From a virus: a stretch of 64,000 bases of DNA. The stretch lies in the IMG/VR virus record IMGVR_UViG_3300002460_000024, positions 10,835 to 74,834 of that record, one strand, 5' to 3'. Positions 48,415 through 59,433 of this stretch are shown one piece after another (within the stretch, counting starts at the first letter, position 1; every line of letters begins with the position of its first letter). The position numbers and the translations under genes are program-made. The notes beneath the pieces were generated by a model. The model was not told the origin of the DNA and made no database searches. It saw nothing but the letters and a program-made list of their open reading frames with translations.

Positions 48415-50573
48415 TACGCTATTCTAACAAATCTTGCGGAAACGTTACCTAATGTTATTGCTTGACCTACTGGCGTTACCCTTAGTTTTACCACATCTGC
48501 GTCTACAAGAGCCTCTAGTGTTGTAATTGCATATAAATAATATTCTGTAGCGGATAAAGCTGCGTTATATTGGTTTTCTGCATTTACATTAATAATGGTT
48601 CCGTTTTTAATAATCTGAATAACAACACTTGTGGGAGCTACCGTAGTTGCAAATTGGCCCGTTACGTCAATCATATAAGTTCCAACCGTTCCTGCCGTGG
48701 TTGTAAACAGGGTAGTGTCGGTGCTTGATCCAGCGGGACATGAAATTCCATCTGTGGGCTCTACCAAAGAACTTTTAATAAACTGCCACCCTTTTGCTCC
48801 TAAATAATCCGTTCCATAAAATCTAATTGCCCCTGGGGAAGCAGAGTCACCCACCAATTGCAATGACTTCGTTGTTCCGTCTATTGTAATTGATTCTTCG
48901 TACTGTGTTGTTCCTTCCCAAAAATAACTGGTTATTGCCCCAACCACTCTTTTATATTTCTTAAAGGCCATTCCTTCTGCTGTAGAAACAATATTATAAC
49001 TGTCTGTTAACGCTGTTCCTGTAGCATTTTGGGATAATGTGATAGTACCTACTCCGATTGTTTGAATATGAGTGTTTAAAGGAAAGTTTGTAGCATTAAT
49101 TGGGTCCCCTTGAGCAAGATCAGCTAAGGCGCCTCCCGTAAACGAAATATTTGTCAAAATAGGAGATCCACTAGCACAGTCAGCGGTAAACTGAATTCCA
49201 GTATCAAATGAAGTTGAAACCGCACCTACCGATATTCCCAATTTCATTGCATTTACCAAATTGGTTACAACTGTTGGGTTTGCCGCAATATATGTCGCAA
49301 TTAAGTTACCTACTTGTGTAGTGTCAAGTGTAAATGTGGCTGTAGTGGTTGATCCTACAGTTACTTGTCCAATATTTATATAAACATCACCCTCAACAAG
49401 AACGAGATTGTCACCAGAAACAATGATATTGTAAAGGGCTACGATTTGCGTAGATACACCTGTGTCACTACAGTTATTACAACAATTTTCGTCAGCTAAA
49501 TATGTTTTCATGTTAGCTACAGCAGTATCAATTACCGTAGTGTCTCCACATTTTACACCTAAAGAATACATCATGAAGGCCCCCAATACCTTGTTATAAG
49601 TAACCAGGGCATTAATCATGGTGTTTAAATTACCTCCAGCCGCCGGAGTTGCTGCTAAAAATCTATTTGTAGCGGCGGTTAAGCAGCTTGACATACAGCA
49701 TAAAGAATCGTCACAGTTTACATCAATCGATTTCGATCCCGTAACTGAGGTTTCAATAAACAGCCCAGATGGTAACTCATAAAGTAATGTTGAAACAACA
49801 CTTGCTACCCACGTTTGAGTCCATAATTCAGTTGTAGAAAATGGCGCCGTTGTGCTGGTTGTTGTAGCATATACCGGACTTCCACCAGAGTTGTTTGGAG
49901 AGATTAATGTATAAAGGTGAGTGTTTGTGGTTGGTTGTATTGACTGCCCCTCACAGGTAATTGAGTAATCAGTATCTTCATCTACCTCTAAATTTGCCGT
50001 TGCACATTCTGCAGTTAAAATTAATGAAGGTGTTGGTGCCGTATAGCAATAAGTAAAGGTTCCTATCGTTATTATTTCTTCATCAAAGGTTATAGTTCCC
50101 GTTACGGTTGTATCTACTAGTGATTGAGTTAAAACAAGTACAGTGGCCGCTCCAGAAGATATTGAGGCTATTGTATAAGTTCCTGCATTTGCCCCACCGG
50201 TCCAAGTTAATGTTTGTCCTACGGTGAAATTATCCAACAAGGACAATGGCATTGTAATTTGATTTGGGGATAAACTTGCGGTTAGCGCTGATAATGCTTT
50301 TGTTACCCTGGTTGTGGTGGTTAAAATATAACTTCCCTGAGGAATAGCCCCACCCACCAAAGGAATTGTAATATCTTTCTCTAGGGTCGAAGGGTAATTA
50401 AAGTCTGGGGATGCAAAACTTGTATTGTTATAAATGGTTGCAGATGGACCTTCCAGCTTTAAAACACTTTTCGAATCAGAGAAATATGTAATTGCCGAAT
50501 AATCTGTTTCGTCCTCTGCCTGAAAATTGTTTGTTGCTGTTTGTATCGTTGACTTTATTGAGATAGTATCCAT
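48414..50573 (-). CDS. Virion structural protein (fibre/hub-like)
   Basis: T/S/G-rich beta domains, internal Cys cluster, LQLVGD..SPG fibre motif. Confidence 0.65.
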   Translation of the reverse strand: MDTISIKSTIQTATNNFQAEDETDYSAITYFSDSKSVLKLEGPSATIYNNTSFASPDFNYPSTLEKDITIPLVGGAIPQGSYILTTTTRVTKALSALTASLSPNQITMPLSLLDNFTVGQTLTWTGGANAGTYTIASISSGAATVLVLTQSLVDTTVTGTITFDEEIITIGTFTYCYTAPTPSLILTAECATANLEVDEDTDYSITCEGQSIQPTTNTHLYTLISPNNSGGSPVYATTTSTTAPFSTTELWTQTWVASVVSTLLYELPSGLFIETSVTGSKSIDVNCDDSLCCMSSCLTAATNRFLAATPAAGGNLNTMINALVTYNKVLGAFMMYSLGVKCGDTTVIDTAVANMKTYLADENCCNNCSDTGVSTQIVALYNIIVSGDNLVLVEGDVYINIGQVTVGSTTTATFTLDTTQVGNLIATYIAANPTVVTNLVNAMKLGISVGAVSTSFDTGIQFTADCASGSPILTNISFTGGALADLAQGDPINATNFPLNTHIQTIGVGTITLSQNATGTALTDSYNIVSTAEGMAFKKYKRVVGAITSYFWEGTTQYEESITIDGTTKSLQLVGDSASPGAIRFYGTDYLGAKGWQFIKSSLVEPTDGISCPAGSSTDTTLFTTTAGTVGTYMIDVTGQFATTVAPTSVVIQIIKNGTIINVNAENQYNAALSATEYYLYAITTLEALVDADVVKLRVTPVGQAITLGNVSARFVRIA

Positions 50574-50612
50574 CTTGGAATAATTTTCTCAAATGTAATG
50601 AAATGGTTTTAA

Positions 50613-50644
50613 ATAATAAAGGGGCTGTTAAGCCCCTTTATTAT
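50613..50644. terminator. Rho-independent terminator
   Basis: ataataaaggggc-tgttaa-gcccctttattat. Confidence 0.75.
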
Positions 50645-50645
50645 C

Positions 50646-51788
50646 TTATTTTTCTTTCTTTGGCCTACCCTTTGGTTTGGTTGCTTTTGGCGACGCAATT
50701 AATGTGGTAGTATCTGCCGGAGGTGTGCTAGATGCCACTAATTCCGTTGTGGACTCCTCATTAGTTTCGTCACCCCAACCCATTAAGCCCTCTAATCTTT
50801 CTCTAGCTTCAATATCTAATTTAAGGAATGATATTAAGGCATTAACTTTAATAGGGGCAGCGTCATCTACTGGGCAGAAATTGGCAATAATATTACCATT
50901 GCTCTTAATAACCCACTGTTTACGGCTGGTATCATGCTCAAGGATTCCTTTATCCACGGCCTCTGTAATCAGTTCCCGAAGTTCCTGGTCTGGGCCCTTT
51001 TTCTGACCAAGCAAAACAATATACTCGTAACCTTTGATCAACGGGTCTCCAGAAAGTACTCTAGCACTTTCATCCTTGGCCGCCTCAAGCAAAATAGCTT
51101 TCCTTAATTGGTCGTTATTACGGTATTGCTTTAAAGGAAGGTTTAAAAATCTACCAATACTTTCAAGCTGTTCGATAGTAAAGCCACCGTCTCCAGCCTC
51201 TTCATTCACCAAAAACTCAGCTTTTCTTTTGAATCTTCCACCCATTCTTTCTGCTGTAGCATCTTTTTCTGGGGTGGTAATTTCAAAAATAAAATCTTTT
51301 GTTGTATTGGCGTGGGCATTTAAAGAGTTTTTCACTTTGCGGCAAATTACGCTCAAGAACCAATATTTCTCATAATCCTGTTGTTCTAAAATAGCTGTGT
51401 TTTGTTTGTTGGTGCCCCCTATAGAAAAATAGGGCGGTTTAAAATTTTCCAATGTATCAATGGTACGAGTGCTTTGGGTGGCCGTTTCGTAATACCTTAC
51501 CTTGTGATGATCGGCTGATCGAGCATTCTTATTAAAATCAATACCGGCGATCATTCCCTTAAACTCATCATCTTTTTCTGAGCGAAGGATGGTCCCATAA
51601 AATGTATCGCTAAACTCCACGTTTCCCATGTGGGGACCTACCGTAATTACTACATTTTCATCCTTGGTTTTGAGTTGAGAAAGAAGCTCTTTAGGGCTTT
51701 GAATATACCTTCCGTCACCGATTTCATCTTTTTGTTTTCTTGCATAGTCTGGATGCAGTGCATCTTTTTTACCATCTACTAATAACAT
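50646..51788 (-). CDS. Conserved-type phage protein downstream of the MCP
   Basis: Start MLLVDGKK at 51788 after promoter 51823; C-terminal KPKGRPKK. Confidence 0.7.
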   Translation of the reverse strand: MLLVDGKKDALHPDYARKQKDEIGDGRYIQSPKELLSQLKTKDENVVITVGPHMGNVEFSDTFYGTILRSEKDDEFKGMIAGIDFNKNARSADHHKVRYYETATQSTRTIDTLENFKPPYFSIGGTNKQNTAILEQQDYEKYWFLSVICRKVKNSLNAHANTTKDFIFEITTPEKDATAERMGGRFKRKAEFLVNEEAGDGGFTIEQLESIGRFLNLPLKQYRNNDQLRKAILLEAAKDESARVLSGDPLIKGYEYIVLLGQKKGPDQELRELITEAVDKGILEHDTSRKQWVIKSNGNIIANFCPVDDAAPIKVNALISFLKLDIEARERLEGLMGWGDETNEESTTELVASSTPPADTTTLIASPKATKPKGRPKKEK

Positions 51789-51846
51789 ATAAATAAAGTT
51801 TAAATTTTTACCACTTATAGGGCAAATATAGCAGTTTTTCGCAAAC

Positions 51847-51879
51847 AAAAAAGCCCCGATATACACCGGGGCTTTTTTT
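51847..51879 (-). terminator. Rho-independent terminator after the MCP
   Basis: aaaaaagccccg-atatacac-cggggctttttt. Confidence 0.85.
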
Positions 51880-51898
51880 ATATGGAAAAAATGGGTAC

Positions 51899-53338
51899 TT
51901 ATGATCCTTGAACCTGAATAAACCTCTGTGCTCCCCACCACTCGTAACCTACGTTGGCTTGCATGTTTACTTCATATTGATCCAAATTGGTAATGGCTTG
52001 GTTTCTAATCCAAGTATTGTAGGCTCTATTGATGCCTCCCAATGCCTTGTATCTCAAGATAACCGAATCTTTAGGAACCTTGTTTGATGGATCTGCTGTT
52101 GTTGCCAACGGAACCATAAACCCTAAGTTCGGAGTATCATAACCAGTACCACCCATATTGTTTGGATCGGTAAATCCAGGCTCTCTCATTGAGATATACT
52201 TGTAATTACCAATATTCAAACCTATGAATGAGAAGTTATACTTCTTACCTTCTGCTGCCATAGCGTCGCCGTACACATAAGGTAGAGCGGTATCTTTGTC
52301 ATAACGAATAGCTGTATTGTAGCTATTTGTAGTCATCAATTGCTCAAACTCTGTGTATTGTTTACGCCCTTGTAGCCAAAGGATAGCTCTGTTTGGATTA
52401 ACATAATTCGAATCCAAAGAGTCTCCAGACTGATCAAATATTCCAATTGTTGCTGATCCAGCAGTATAAGGAATTGGTGTACCATAAAGGGTTGTAGTTC
52501 TTTTTAACCCGATAGCGGCACGTATTGTTCCATATCCTGTAGCTAAACCAGTTTCCGTAACGGCTGTGTTACTGTTTGGTTCTGCCCAGTAATACAGATT
52601 ATTATGCTGCATCATCATACGAAACTCCATTTCTTTACAGTCCCTAACAACGTATGTGTTACCAAGTCCTGCTGGCATTTCTACATTCAGTTTAGAATAT
52701 AATTCTCCTAAACTGTCAGCCCTAACATCCACAGATGCTTCGTTTGTAGCCGCTGTTCCGGTAAAGTTCAAACCTGCTTTTAAGATTTGAAGGTTAAAAT
52801 CTCTACGAATAATAGGCACAACGAAACCTCCAGGCTGTCCACCACCTTCACCACCTGCGTAAGCTCCAATAGCTAACAAAATTCCACCTGCAATTGAGAT
52901 GGTAAGTGAAATATCTAATGGACGAAGTGTGATTGATGGGGTAACGGCACTATTGGTAACGGTAACAACTTCATAAACCCTATTGTTGTTATTTGGGTCG
53001 ATGATTGTTGAGTACTGTACAATTGGCAATGTTCCGGTTAATGAAGAGTTGTTTGATGTGTCAAGATTTACTGTTACTGGTAAACCGGCACCAGCCGCAG
53101 TATATGGACCACCAGCCGCAGTCAAAAGATTTTGATTGATCGGCTGATCTTCGAAGTGATAAAACGTTTCCTGATTTACAGGAGCGCTGTTTACCAAAGA
53201 CTTAATCAGCATGGCTGCATTAAACTTTTGGTCACCATAGGCTGCGAAAATTTCACGACCGATAGCGTATTTTTCCAATAATGGGTCAATAGAAGTAATC
53301 AGACTGCTATATATACCCGTTGCTGCATTATCTGGCAT
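51899..53338 (-). CDS. Major capsid protein
   Basis: 479 aa after portal and scaffold; FYHFE, GEG, LQILK...FTGT pattern; followed by a terminator. Confidence 0.75.
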   Translation of the reverse strand: MPDNAATGIYSSLITSIDPLLEKYAIGREIFAAYGDQKFNAAMLIKSLVNSAPVNQETFYHFEDQPINQNLLTAAGGPYTAAGAGLPVTVNLDTSNNSSLTGTLPIVQYSTIIDPNNNNRVYEVVTVTNSAVTPSITLRPLDISLTISIAGGILLAIGAYAGGEGGGQPGGFVVPIIRRDFNLQILKAGLNFTGTAATNEASVDVRADSLGELYSKLNVEMPAGLGNTYVVRDCKEMEFRMMMQHNNLYYWAEPNSNTAVTETGLATGYGTIRAAIGLKRTTTLYGTPIPYTAGSATIGIFDQSGDSLDSNYVNPNRAILWLQGRKQYTEFEQLMTTNSYNTAIRYDKDTALPYVYGDAMAAEGKKYNFSFIGLNIGNYKYISMREPGFTDPNNMGGTGYDTPNLGFMVPLATTADPSNKVPKDSVILRYKALGGINRAYNTWIRNQAITNLDQYEVNMQANVGYEWWGAQRFIQVQGS

Positions 53339-53390
53339 TTTTTATGAGTTTTAGTTAATACTATTACCCATAACTTTTATCTATATTTCT

Positions 53391-54509
53391 CTATCCACCA
53401 CCCCTTGCTGCCTTGATTGCTGCTTCTTCCGAAATTACGCCTTCAAGAGTATCCGAGGTTGCGCCCACTTTTAATACAGAGGGATTATCAACGTCAATAT
53501 TAAATTGTTTGATTATTCTTGCCTCGGTTTGCGCTATCACTTCCTTGGTCCTTTTAAGTTCAAACTCTTCTTTTGTCGCCATTTTTGCAAGTATTAAAGC
53601 CGTTTTTGCGTTATCACTATCCGGCTCTGGAAACCCCATTTCGGCAATTACTCCTTGTAGGGCATTCTTGAAAAAATCTTTTTCCTCTTGCTCAAAGGTA
53701 AAACTTTTTAATACAACTGGTTTACCTTCACTATCTTTCAAAATCTCTAATTCTCCTTTTTCGTTTTTCTTTTTATCGACGATATCCATGTTAAGCTCCG
53801 CAACCGATTTTTCAATAAAATCATTTGCCTTCACTTTTGCTGTTTCTAATTTAGCGGTGTTTGCTGCAATTTCTTCCTTGGTTAATCCGCTATTTGCCAT
53901 CTTTTCGCGGGTAACATTAATGTCGTCAATCACCTTCTGCGCCTCAGCTTTTAACTGAATATCCTTCATATCTTTGGCATACAAATCCTGCATACTAAGA
54001 CCCTCTTCTTTCACATCCATGTCCACCAAATATTCTTTTTCAAGTTCTTCTTGGCGCATATCTCTATATTTAGCCAACGTAGGATTCTTTTGGATCTCAC
54101 TTTCTACAATAAGCCTCACGTAATCTTTAGGCTCCATTGACTCCTTAATTTCTGTGTTTTTATAGAACTCAAAAAGTTTAGGATCGTCTTTACCTGTGGC
54201 CTTTACAAAGCCATCAAACTCTTCTGACCATTTGCTTGCATAGGCTGTTTTTGGGGCGACGCGATTATTGTCAATATAAGTGTCAAGCTCAGCCTGAGTA
54301 GCAAACCCTTTTAATTCATAATATGGTTTTTCGGTAGTAACCGTTTCGGCTTTTTTAAGCGGATCTTCGGTAACTACCGTTTCGGTTGTTTCGGTTGTTT
54401 TAACCTCCTCCGTGTTAATAACTTCCGGCGTTTTGTTAGTAACTTCTACTACTGGAGCGTTTCTTAACTCGGCTAATAGCTGATCCTCTGTTTTTGCATT
54501 TTCTGCCAT
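53391..54509 (-). CDS. Putative capsid scaffolding protein
   Basis: Acidic coiled coil between portal and MCP. Confidence 0.6.
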   Translation of the reverse strand: MAENAKTEDQLLAELRNAPVVEVTNKTPEVINTEEVKTTETTETVVTEDPLKKAETVTTEKPYYELKGFATQAELDTYIDNNRVAPKTAYASKWSEEFDGFVKATGKDDPKLFEFYKNTEIKESMEPKDYVRLIVESEIQKNPTLAKYRDMRQEELEKEYLVDMDVKEEGLSMQDLYAKDMKDIQLKAEAQKVIDDINVTREKMANSGLTKEEIAANTAKLETAKVKANDFIEKSVAELNMDIVDKKKNEKGELEILKDSEGKPVVLKSFTFEQEEKDFFKNALQGVIAEMGFPEPDSDNAKTALILAKMATKEEFELKRTKEVIAQTEARIIKQFNIDVDNPSVLKVGATSDTLEGVISEEAAIKAARGGG

Positions 54510-54558
54510 AAATACTTTGTTTTGGGCAAATATAGGAGAAAAACTTAAACATTAAAAT

Positions 54559-56934
54559 TTAAGCCGCAGCTTTCCCACCAATTGTTCCTAAGTATTGCTG
54601 CATTGTCGTTTGCATTATTAACCCAAGCGCATCTCCAGTAGCTTTATTTTCTGCATCTGCCGCTGCCTGCTCTTTTGCAAAGTGAGCCTCTGCTGCCGCC
54701 AAAACAACTCCCTTTTGAATCTCAAGGTCGGTTGTGAACTTTAACAACTCCATAGCTGCCGCAGCTTTTTGCTGCTCAATTGCCATCAAGCCCTTGTTTT
54801 GATTATCAGCGTTTGCCATTTGAGCTTGCTGAGATTCCTGCTGCCTTTTGGTAATAAGGCGCTGCATAAACCCTTCGATATATTTGATCTCTACATTACT
54901 CTCTAGCATGTTGATAATCTTGAAAAATTCCATAAAGGATAATCCCGGCTCCCCGTTTTTACCTGGTTGGCTGGCAATAATAGCTGCCTGCTTAACCTCG
55001 TTCTTAAGCACCCCACTTAACCGAAGGTTCATCTTCATACCATATTGGGAGTAGTTTTTCTCGCTGGATATTTTTAAGATCTCAACTATATCGTCACCCA
55101 AAATATTCCTATATTCCTTACTGATCTTATCGTTGTGCCTAAAAATAACCTGTCCTCTCAATAAAATATTAAGTGCACAACTTGATCTCACTTCGAAATA
55201 TGCATCAATTTTTGGTTTGAGCAACGAAACACTTGCCTCCATTTGCCCCTCGTTGATTGCCTTTCCTTCTGGAAGCTGCGGTCCTCCGGTAAAACTATTG
55301 GTCATACCGGCAAGGTCTCCTAATATCTGATTCATTACATTCCACGCTCCAACAAAATCATTCAATGCTTCTTGGTGCCCCCCAGGTAAAGAAACTACGG
55401 GCGGTCCTGAGTTAGGCGCAATAACTGGACGATCCCCTCTTTTGTTTATACTACTATAAACCCCCGAACCGGTTTGCATGATCCCTTTTATAAGGTCTGC
55501 GGTTTTTACTTTATCTCCAGGGGCGGCGTTTTTTAATGCTGAAATATCAAATAAATATCCTAAAGGTTTAGATTTTGATAGGTTATTTTGATAATTATAC
55601 CATGTATTTAGTGTAAGGTCAATAGCGGGAGCCATTCTTTCCACTATGGAAGGGTCGTCCATTTGGTAATAATGGAATGAGCATCTTGCCTCGGCCCTTT
55701 CGGTTCTTGGCATATCGTATTGTAAGCCGTAGTCATAACAATGGTCCGTCCCAATGATCCATGAGCAGGTATAATAATTGATTGTATTTTTTGTGATTGT
55801 CTTTCTGGTTGGGGACTGTGTGAATGTTTTTCCATGTTTAGCTCTTGAATATTTTTTCTCATTCCCTAAATCTTGCTCGGTGTAATAATCGGTATCAACT
55901 GATCTGTATTCACATTTTAAAACTGGCACCCTAAATGCATACCACTCACAATTACCAACACCACCCCGGGCCACAGCCCCTCCGTTATTTGATAACCAAC
56001 TATCATAAGTCGATCCCCACGTCCAATTATTACTACCTGGGTTTCCGTACCATCCACAGGCGCTTTGGGCAATTGAGAATAATGTCGCCTCGTCTAATCC
56101 GGAAGCCTTCTTTAAATCTTGAACCGTCATTAAGTCGATAACCCCTCCATCAATTACGTCTCCCTCTGTGGTGAGGCGCATGATAGTATTTATAACATCA
56201 ACATACTGCGTTTTTACGGTTTGGCTGTCTGGGTCCACGTAATCCCTAACACATAATTTTGATAAAGAAAATATATCCTCAAGTAATCGATTCTTTAATT
56301 TAAGATCCCATTTATTGAAGCCATTGAATACGTTATTAATGTATTTTTCCCAACAATACTCTGCTTTGTTTTTATAAACCCCCATTTCTTCGAGGATTTC
56401 AAACTCGGCCATAGAGTCCGGGGCTATGTTATTCTCATCCCCGCCTGCAGCCTGGAAAATTCCCTTCATCTTATTTTTCACAAAATCAAGGGTCATTTTT
56501 TCTTTACGCTCATCCCTGGCATATTGGTCCTGAGAGGAAATTACCGGGTCGTATTCAAATTCGTTTAACTTGGAAATAAAGGCATCTTTATATTTTAGGA
56601 CCACCATTAATATATCCCAGTTAATATTCATAAGGCCCTTGCGAACAATCGCGTTATCCTTATTTCTACCATACCAGAATTCATGGTAATTATCTAGTCC
56701 CTGGCGCCCCCTGCCATAATTTCGTAGCCTAATAAGTTTATCTCTGTCAACAAATTGTGAGCCCTGAAAGTTGCCGTTGCCCCACCCGGAATAAAATGCT
56801 TTAGCAAATGCCAGACAGAACTCTTTCGAAGATTGGCCTTTTCGCTTCTTTATCGGTGCTATTTCATCAGAGGGGAATAAATTGGAGCCAGCTTTTAGGT
56901 ATTGGTCTCCCTTAAACATTTTACTAGCGGCCAT
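54559..56934 (-). CDS. Portal protein
   Basis: 791 aa following TerL; RLRNYGRG.Q, INWDI, WIIGTD..YDYG; Q-rich C-terminal helix. Confidence 0.8.
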   Translation of the reverse strand: MAASKMFKGDQYLKAGSNLFPSDEIAPIKKRKGQSSKEFCLAFAKAFYSGWGNGNFQGSQFVDRDKLIRLRNYGRGRQGLDNYHEFWYGRNKDNAIVRKGLMNINWDILMVVLKYKDAFISKLNEFEYDPVISSQDQYARDERKEKMTLDFVKNKMKGIFQAAGGDENNIAPDSMAEFEILEEMGVYKNKAEYCWEKYINNVFNGFNKWDLKLKNRLLEDIFSLSKLCVRDYVDPDSQTVKTQYVDVINTIMRLTTEGDVIDGGVIDLMTVQDLKKASGLDEATLFSIAQSACGWYGNPGSNNWTWGSTYDSWLSNNGGAVARGGVGNCEWYAFRVPVLKCEYRSVDTDYYTEQDLGNEKKYSRAKHGKTFTQSPTRKTITKNTINYYTCSWIIGTDHCYDYGLQYDMPRTERAEARCSFHYYQMDDPSIVERMAPAIDLTLNTWYNYQNNLSKSKPLGYLFDISALKNAAPGDKVKTADLIKGIMQTGSGVYSSINKRGDRPVIAPNSGPPVVSLPGGHQEALNDFVGAWNVMNQILGDLAGMTNSFTGGPQLPEGKAINEGQMEASVSLLKPKIDAYFEVRSSCALNILLRGQVIFRHNDKISKEYRNILGDDIVEILKISSEKNYSQYGMKMNLRLSGVLKNEVKQAAIIASQPGKNGEPGLSFMEFFKIINMLESNVEIKYIEGFMQRLITKRQQESQQAQMANADNQNKGLMAIEQQKAAAAMELLKFTTDLEIQKGVVLAAAEAHFAKEQAAADAENKATGDALGLIMQTTMQQYLGTIGGKAAA

Positions 56935-56963
56935 TCACTTTCATTTCCCACAAATATAGGAAA

Positions 56964-59402
56964 TTAGTGTTCAGCACCATAAATATCCTCAATGGACTCG
57001 TATTCGTCATCCTCTTCCTTTCGATCGAGCTTCTTGTACCCTTTATTTATGGGCCTTTGGGTGGACTGAATCAAGGCACCTCCAGCTGATGAGGCATTAT
57101 CTAACTTAGTTAAATCATCCTTTGAGTTCATTTTTCTGAATTGTTCGTAAATTTCAATATGGGGATCGTGCATGTAAAAAGCTATATGTTTTCTAGTAGC
57201 ATCAATTAAGGTGTCCATGGGCTGTTCGGCTCCCAGGTGGTAGCCAGATGATCCCCTATATGCGTTTTTCTCTGGAAGATATGCGTAAAATAATAGGCCG
57301 GCATAACCCCTTTTAATGAAATAAGGCTCTACTTTATTTTTGTTTCTTTCTGCATTTACCTTGGTTCCCCACCAGATAGCACACATTAACATCTCCTCAT
57401 TACACTCATCAATATCATCGATTTTGGCTGTGTAAGACCCAACAAACATCCCTGTTTCGCATTCGTTAATTGGTTTATTTAATTCCGATTCACTAAATGG
57501 TAAGTAAATCGCTGCCGTATAATATGATGTTCCAGACTTATCCTCCCTGGCTTTTGCCTGGTTGGCGTTGTGATATTCGTTTGGGTCAATACCAATAGAA
57601 TAGATATCATCAATATTTATATAATGCCCGGTCTCTAAATCTTTTTCAATTCTATTAGCCTGTTCTGGGGTTAGTTTTTTAGAGAACAAAAACCTTCCTT
57701 TTGAGTCAGGTATCCAATCTATATAGGCCTCTGGAATATCATAATCATCTAGCCGACTCCTTAAAAACTCTGCGGCAGTAAATACTCCTTTTCCTGGTAT
57801 TACCCAAACTAAATTACCTTTTTCTCTAGGATCGTTATCTAATGAGAATTGGCGACGCCAATAATCCATATGATCGTCCAATTTCTTTATGTCATATCCA
57901 ATATCGCCGCTACCGCCCCTCCAAATATCTGCGTATGTAGGGGGGTTTTGGCGTTTAAATTGGGCTAATTTCCGCATGTTATCCACGGTTGGATCAGATT
58001 CATATTCGGCAACTTTTGACTTAAGATATTCTCTGGAGCCTATATCCCATCCGGTGAATTCCGCTTGTTCGGGCGTTGGGTCCTCAATAATTGACTCTCC
58101 GTATGGACCAATAAAGTTTTCCAAACCATCCTCTGTGGGAAAATAAATTAAACATAATCCTGTTTTTGTTTGGCCTGACAGCGCACCCCGTTGATAGAAA
58201 TTAGAGGCTGTGCATATTTTCTGATAAGGCACTCCGGTTCCACCCTCCATATCCTCTACTGTAGAAGGCTTATAACAGAATGCGAATCTATTTCTTTCGG
58301 ATTCAGCCCCTTGAGACATTGTAGGTTTTAATAAGCTCCACTCTTCATAAACATCGTTTCCTTCTACTTTAGCCTCTTCATCACATAGAATATCACCAGT
58401 TATTTTGGCGTGGTCATAAAATCTTTTACTTACTACTGGAGAAAAATCTATTTTTCCATCTAGCTCTTTTGTTTCGGTCGAAACTGCCCTACTAAAATTC
58501 TTACTTCCTTCTTTTGCACCTGGCGCTTTAAATGAAAATTCTGTTTTTGGTCTGTTTGATCCATCCGAAACAGGTTTAAAGAAAAATGGCATCTTCCTAA
58601 CCATTGGCACAAACTTTACATTCCAGTGATTTCTGGATGTACTTTCAGCGTTTGCACATATTGAAGAGTGAGCTTGTGGGCCTGCTAGTTTCTTTGCTTT
58701 ACCGTATATTTTTGAAAGGGCCTTTCCGGTTTCACCACGCCTTCTGTTTTTTGGGTTGACATCGCCAAAAAATAAAAACCTTTTCAAATCTTTCATTTTA
58801 TAAGTTCCATCTTCCTCCGCTATCGCCATCCCCGTTTTATCTAATCGCTCAAAAGTTTCTGTGGTGGTAAATAGGTATTGGTGCATTATATCTATCCTCC
58901 TATCTACGTCTCTATACGATGGATAAAGACTTGATACTTTTCTTTTGGTGACGGGATCTGTAGAAACGTAATTTCCTGTACAGTAGGTAAGGTACTCGTA
59001 ATGTGTCGGCGGGAGCCACGTAGCCTTTCCGTTAATGTAAATCCAATAACCATAGGTTGTGAAATACCACTCTTCCCTTATAAATTCAATTTCGGCTTTA
59101 TAGTTTTCTTTATGGGCTATCAGTATTTTCCAGATATCGTCTGGGCGCCCGTCCATTTGCTTTTCGAGGTCTCTTAGTTTCTTTGGTATCTCTCTACGTT
59201 TGAAGTATTGGTCTTGTGGGGCGACGCCATAGTTGGCAATTTTCTCTGGCGGTGGATTTGAAATCGGACAATCTTTTGCATTGGGATTCCAAAACTTATA
59301 TACATTCGCTATTACCTTTGAAATATTTATCAGAATCGGCTTTAACGCTTCGTCTTGGTTGGCATAAAAGAAGGTGTCCGGTTTTTTATATTTATATTCC
59401 AT
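56964..59402 (-). CDS. terL: Terminase large subunit
   Basis: KNRRRGET Walker-A-like motif, LCDEEAK Walker B, YSIGIDP and ERN nuclease motifs. Confidence 0.85.
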   Translation of the reverse strand: MEYKYKKPDTFFYANQDEALKPILINISKVIANVYKFWNPNAKDCPISNPPPEKIANYGVAPQDQYFKRREIPKKLRDLEKQMDGRPDDIWKILIAHKENYKAEIEFIREEWYFTTYGYWIYINGKATWLPPTHYEYLTYCTGNYVSTDPVTKRKVSSLYPSYRDVDRRIDIMHQYLFTTTETFERLDKTGMAIAEEDGTYKMKDLKRFLFFGDVNPKNRRRGETGKALSKIYGKAKKLAGPQAHSSICANAESTSRNHWNVKFVPMVRKMPFFFKPVSDGSNRPKTEFSFKAPGAKEGSKNFSRAVSTETKELDGKIDFSPVVSKRFYDHAKITGDILCDEEAKVEGNDVYEEWSLLKPTMSQGAESERNRFAFCYKPSTVEDMEGGTGVPYQKICTASNFYQRGALSGQTKTGLCLIYFPTEDGLENFIGPYGESIIEDPTPEQAEFTGWDIGSREYLKSKVAEYESDPTVDNMRKLAQFKRQNPPTYADIWRGGSGDIGYDIKKLDDHMDYWRRQFSLDNDPREKGNLVWVIPGKGVFTAAEFLRSRLDDYDIPEAYIDWIPDSKGRFLFSKKLTPEQANRIEKDLETGHYINIDDIYSIGIDPNEYHNANQAKAREDKSGTSYYTAAIYLPFSESELNKPINECETGMFVGSYTAKIDDIDECNEEMLMCAIWWGTKVNAERNKNKVEPYFIKRGYAGLLFYAYLPEKNAYRGSSGYHLGAEQPMDTLIDATRKHIAFYMHDPHIEIYEQFRKMNSKDDLTKLDNASSAGGALIQSTQRPINKGYKKLDRKEEDDEYESIEDIYGAEH

Positions 59403-59433
59403 CTACCGCTAAGGTAAACGAAAAAAAATATCC

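Noticed and set aside
51789-51941. Extended N-terminus of the 50646..51941 ORF
   Set aside because: It overlaps the MCP stop, terminator and a promoter box; ATG 51788 is more plausible.
24707-53958. Many plus-strand ORFs antisense to long genes (e.g. 24707, 29768, 31639, 53413)
   Set aside because: They are shadow frames of well-supported minus-strand genes.
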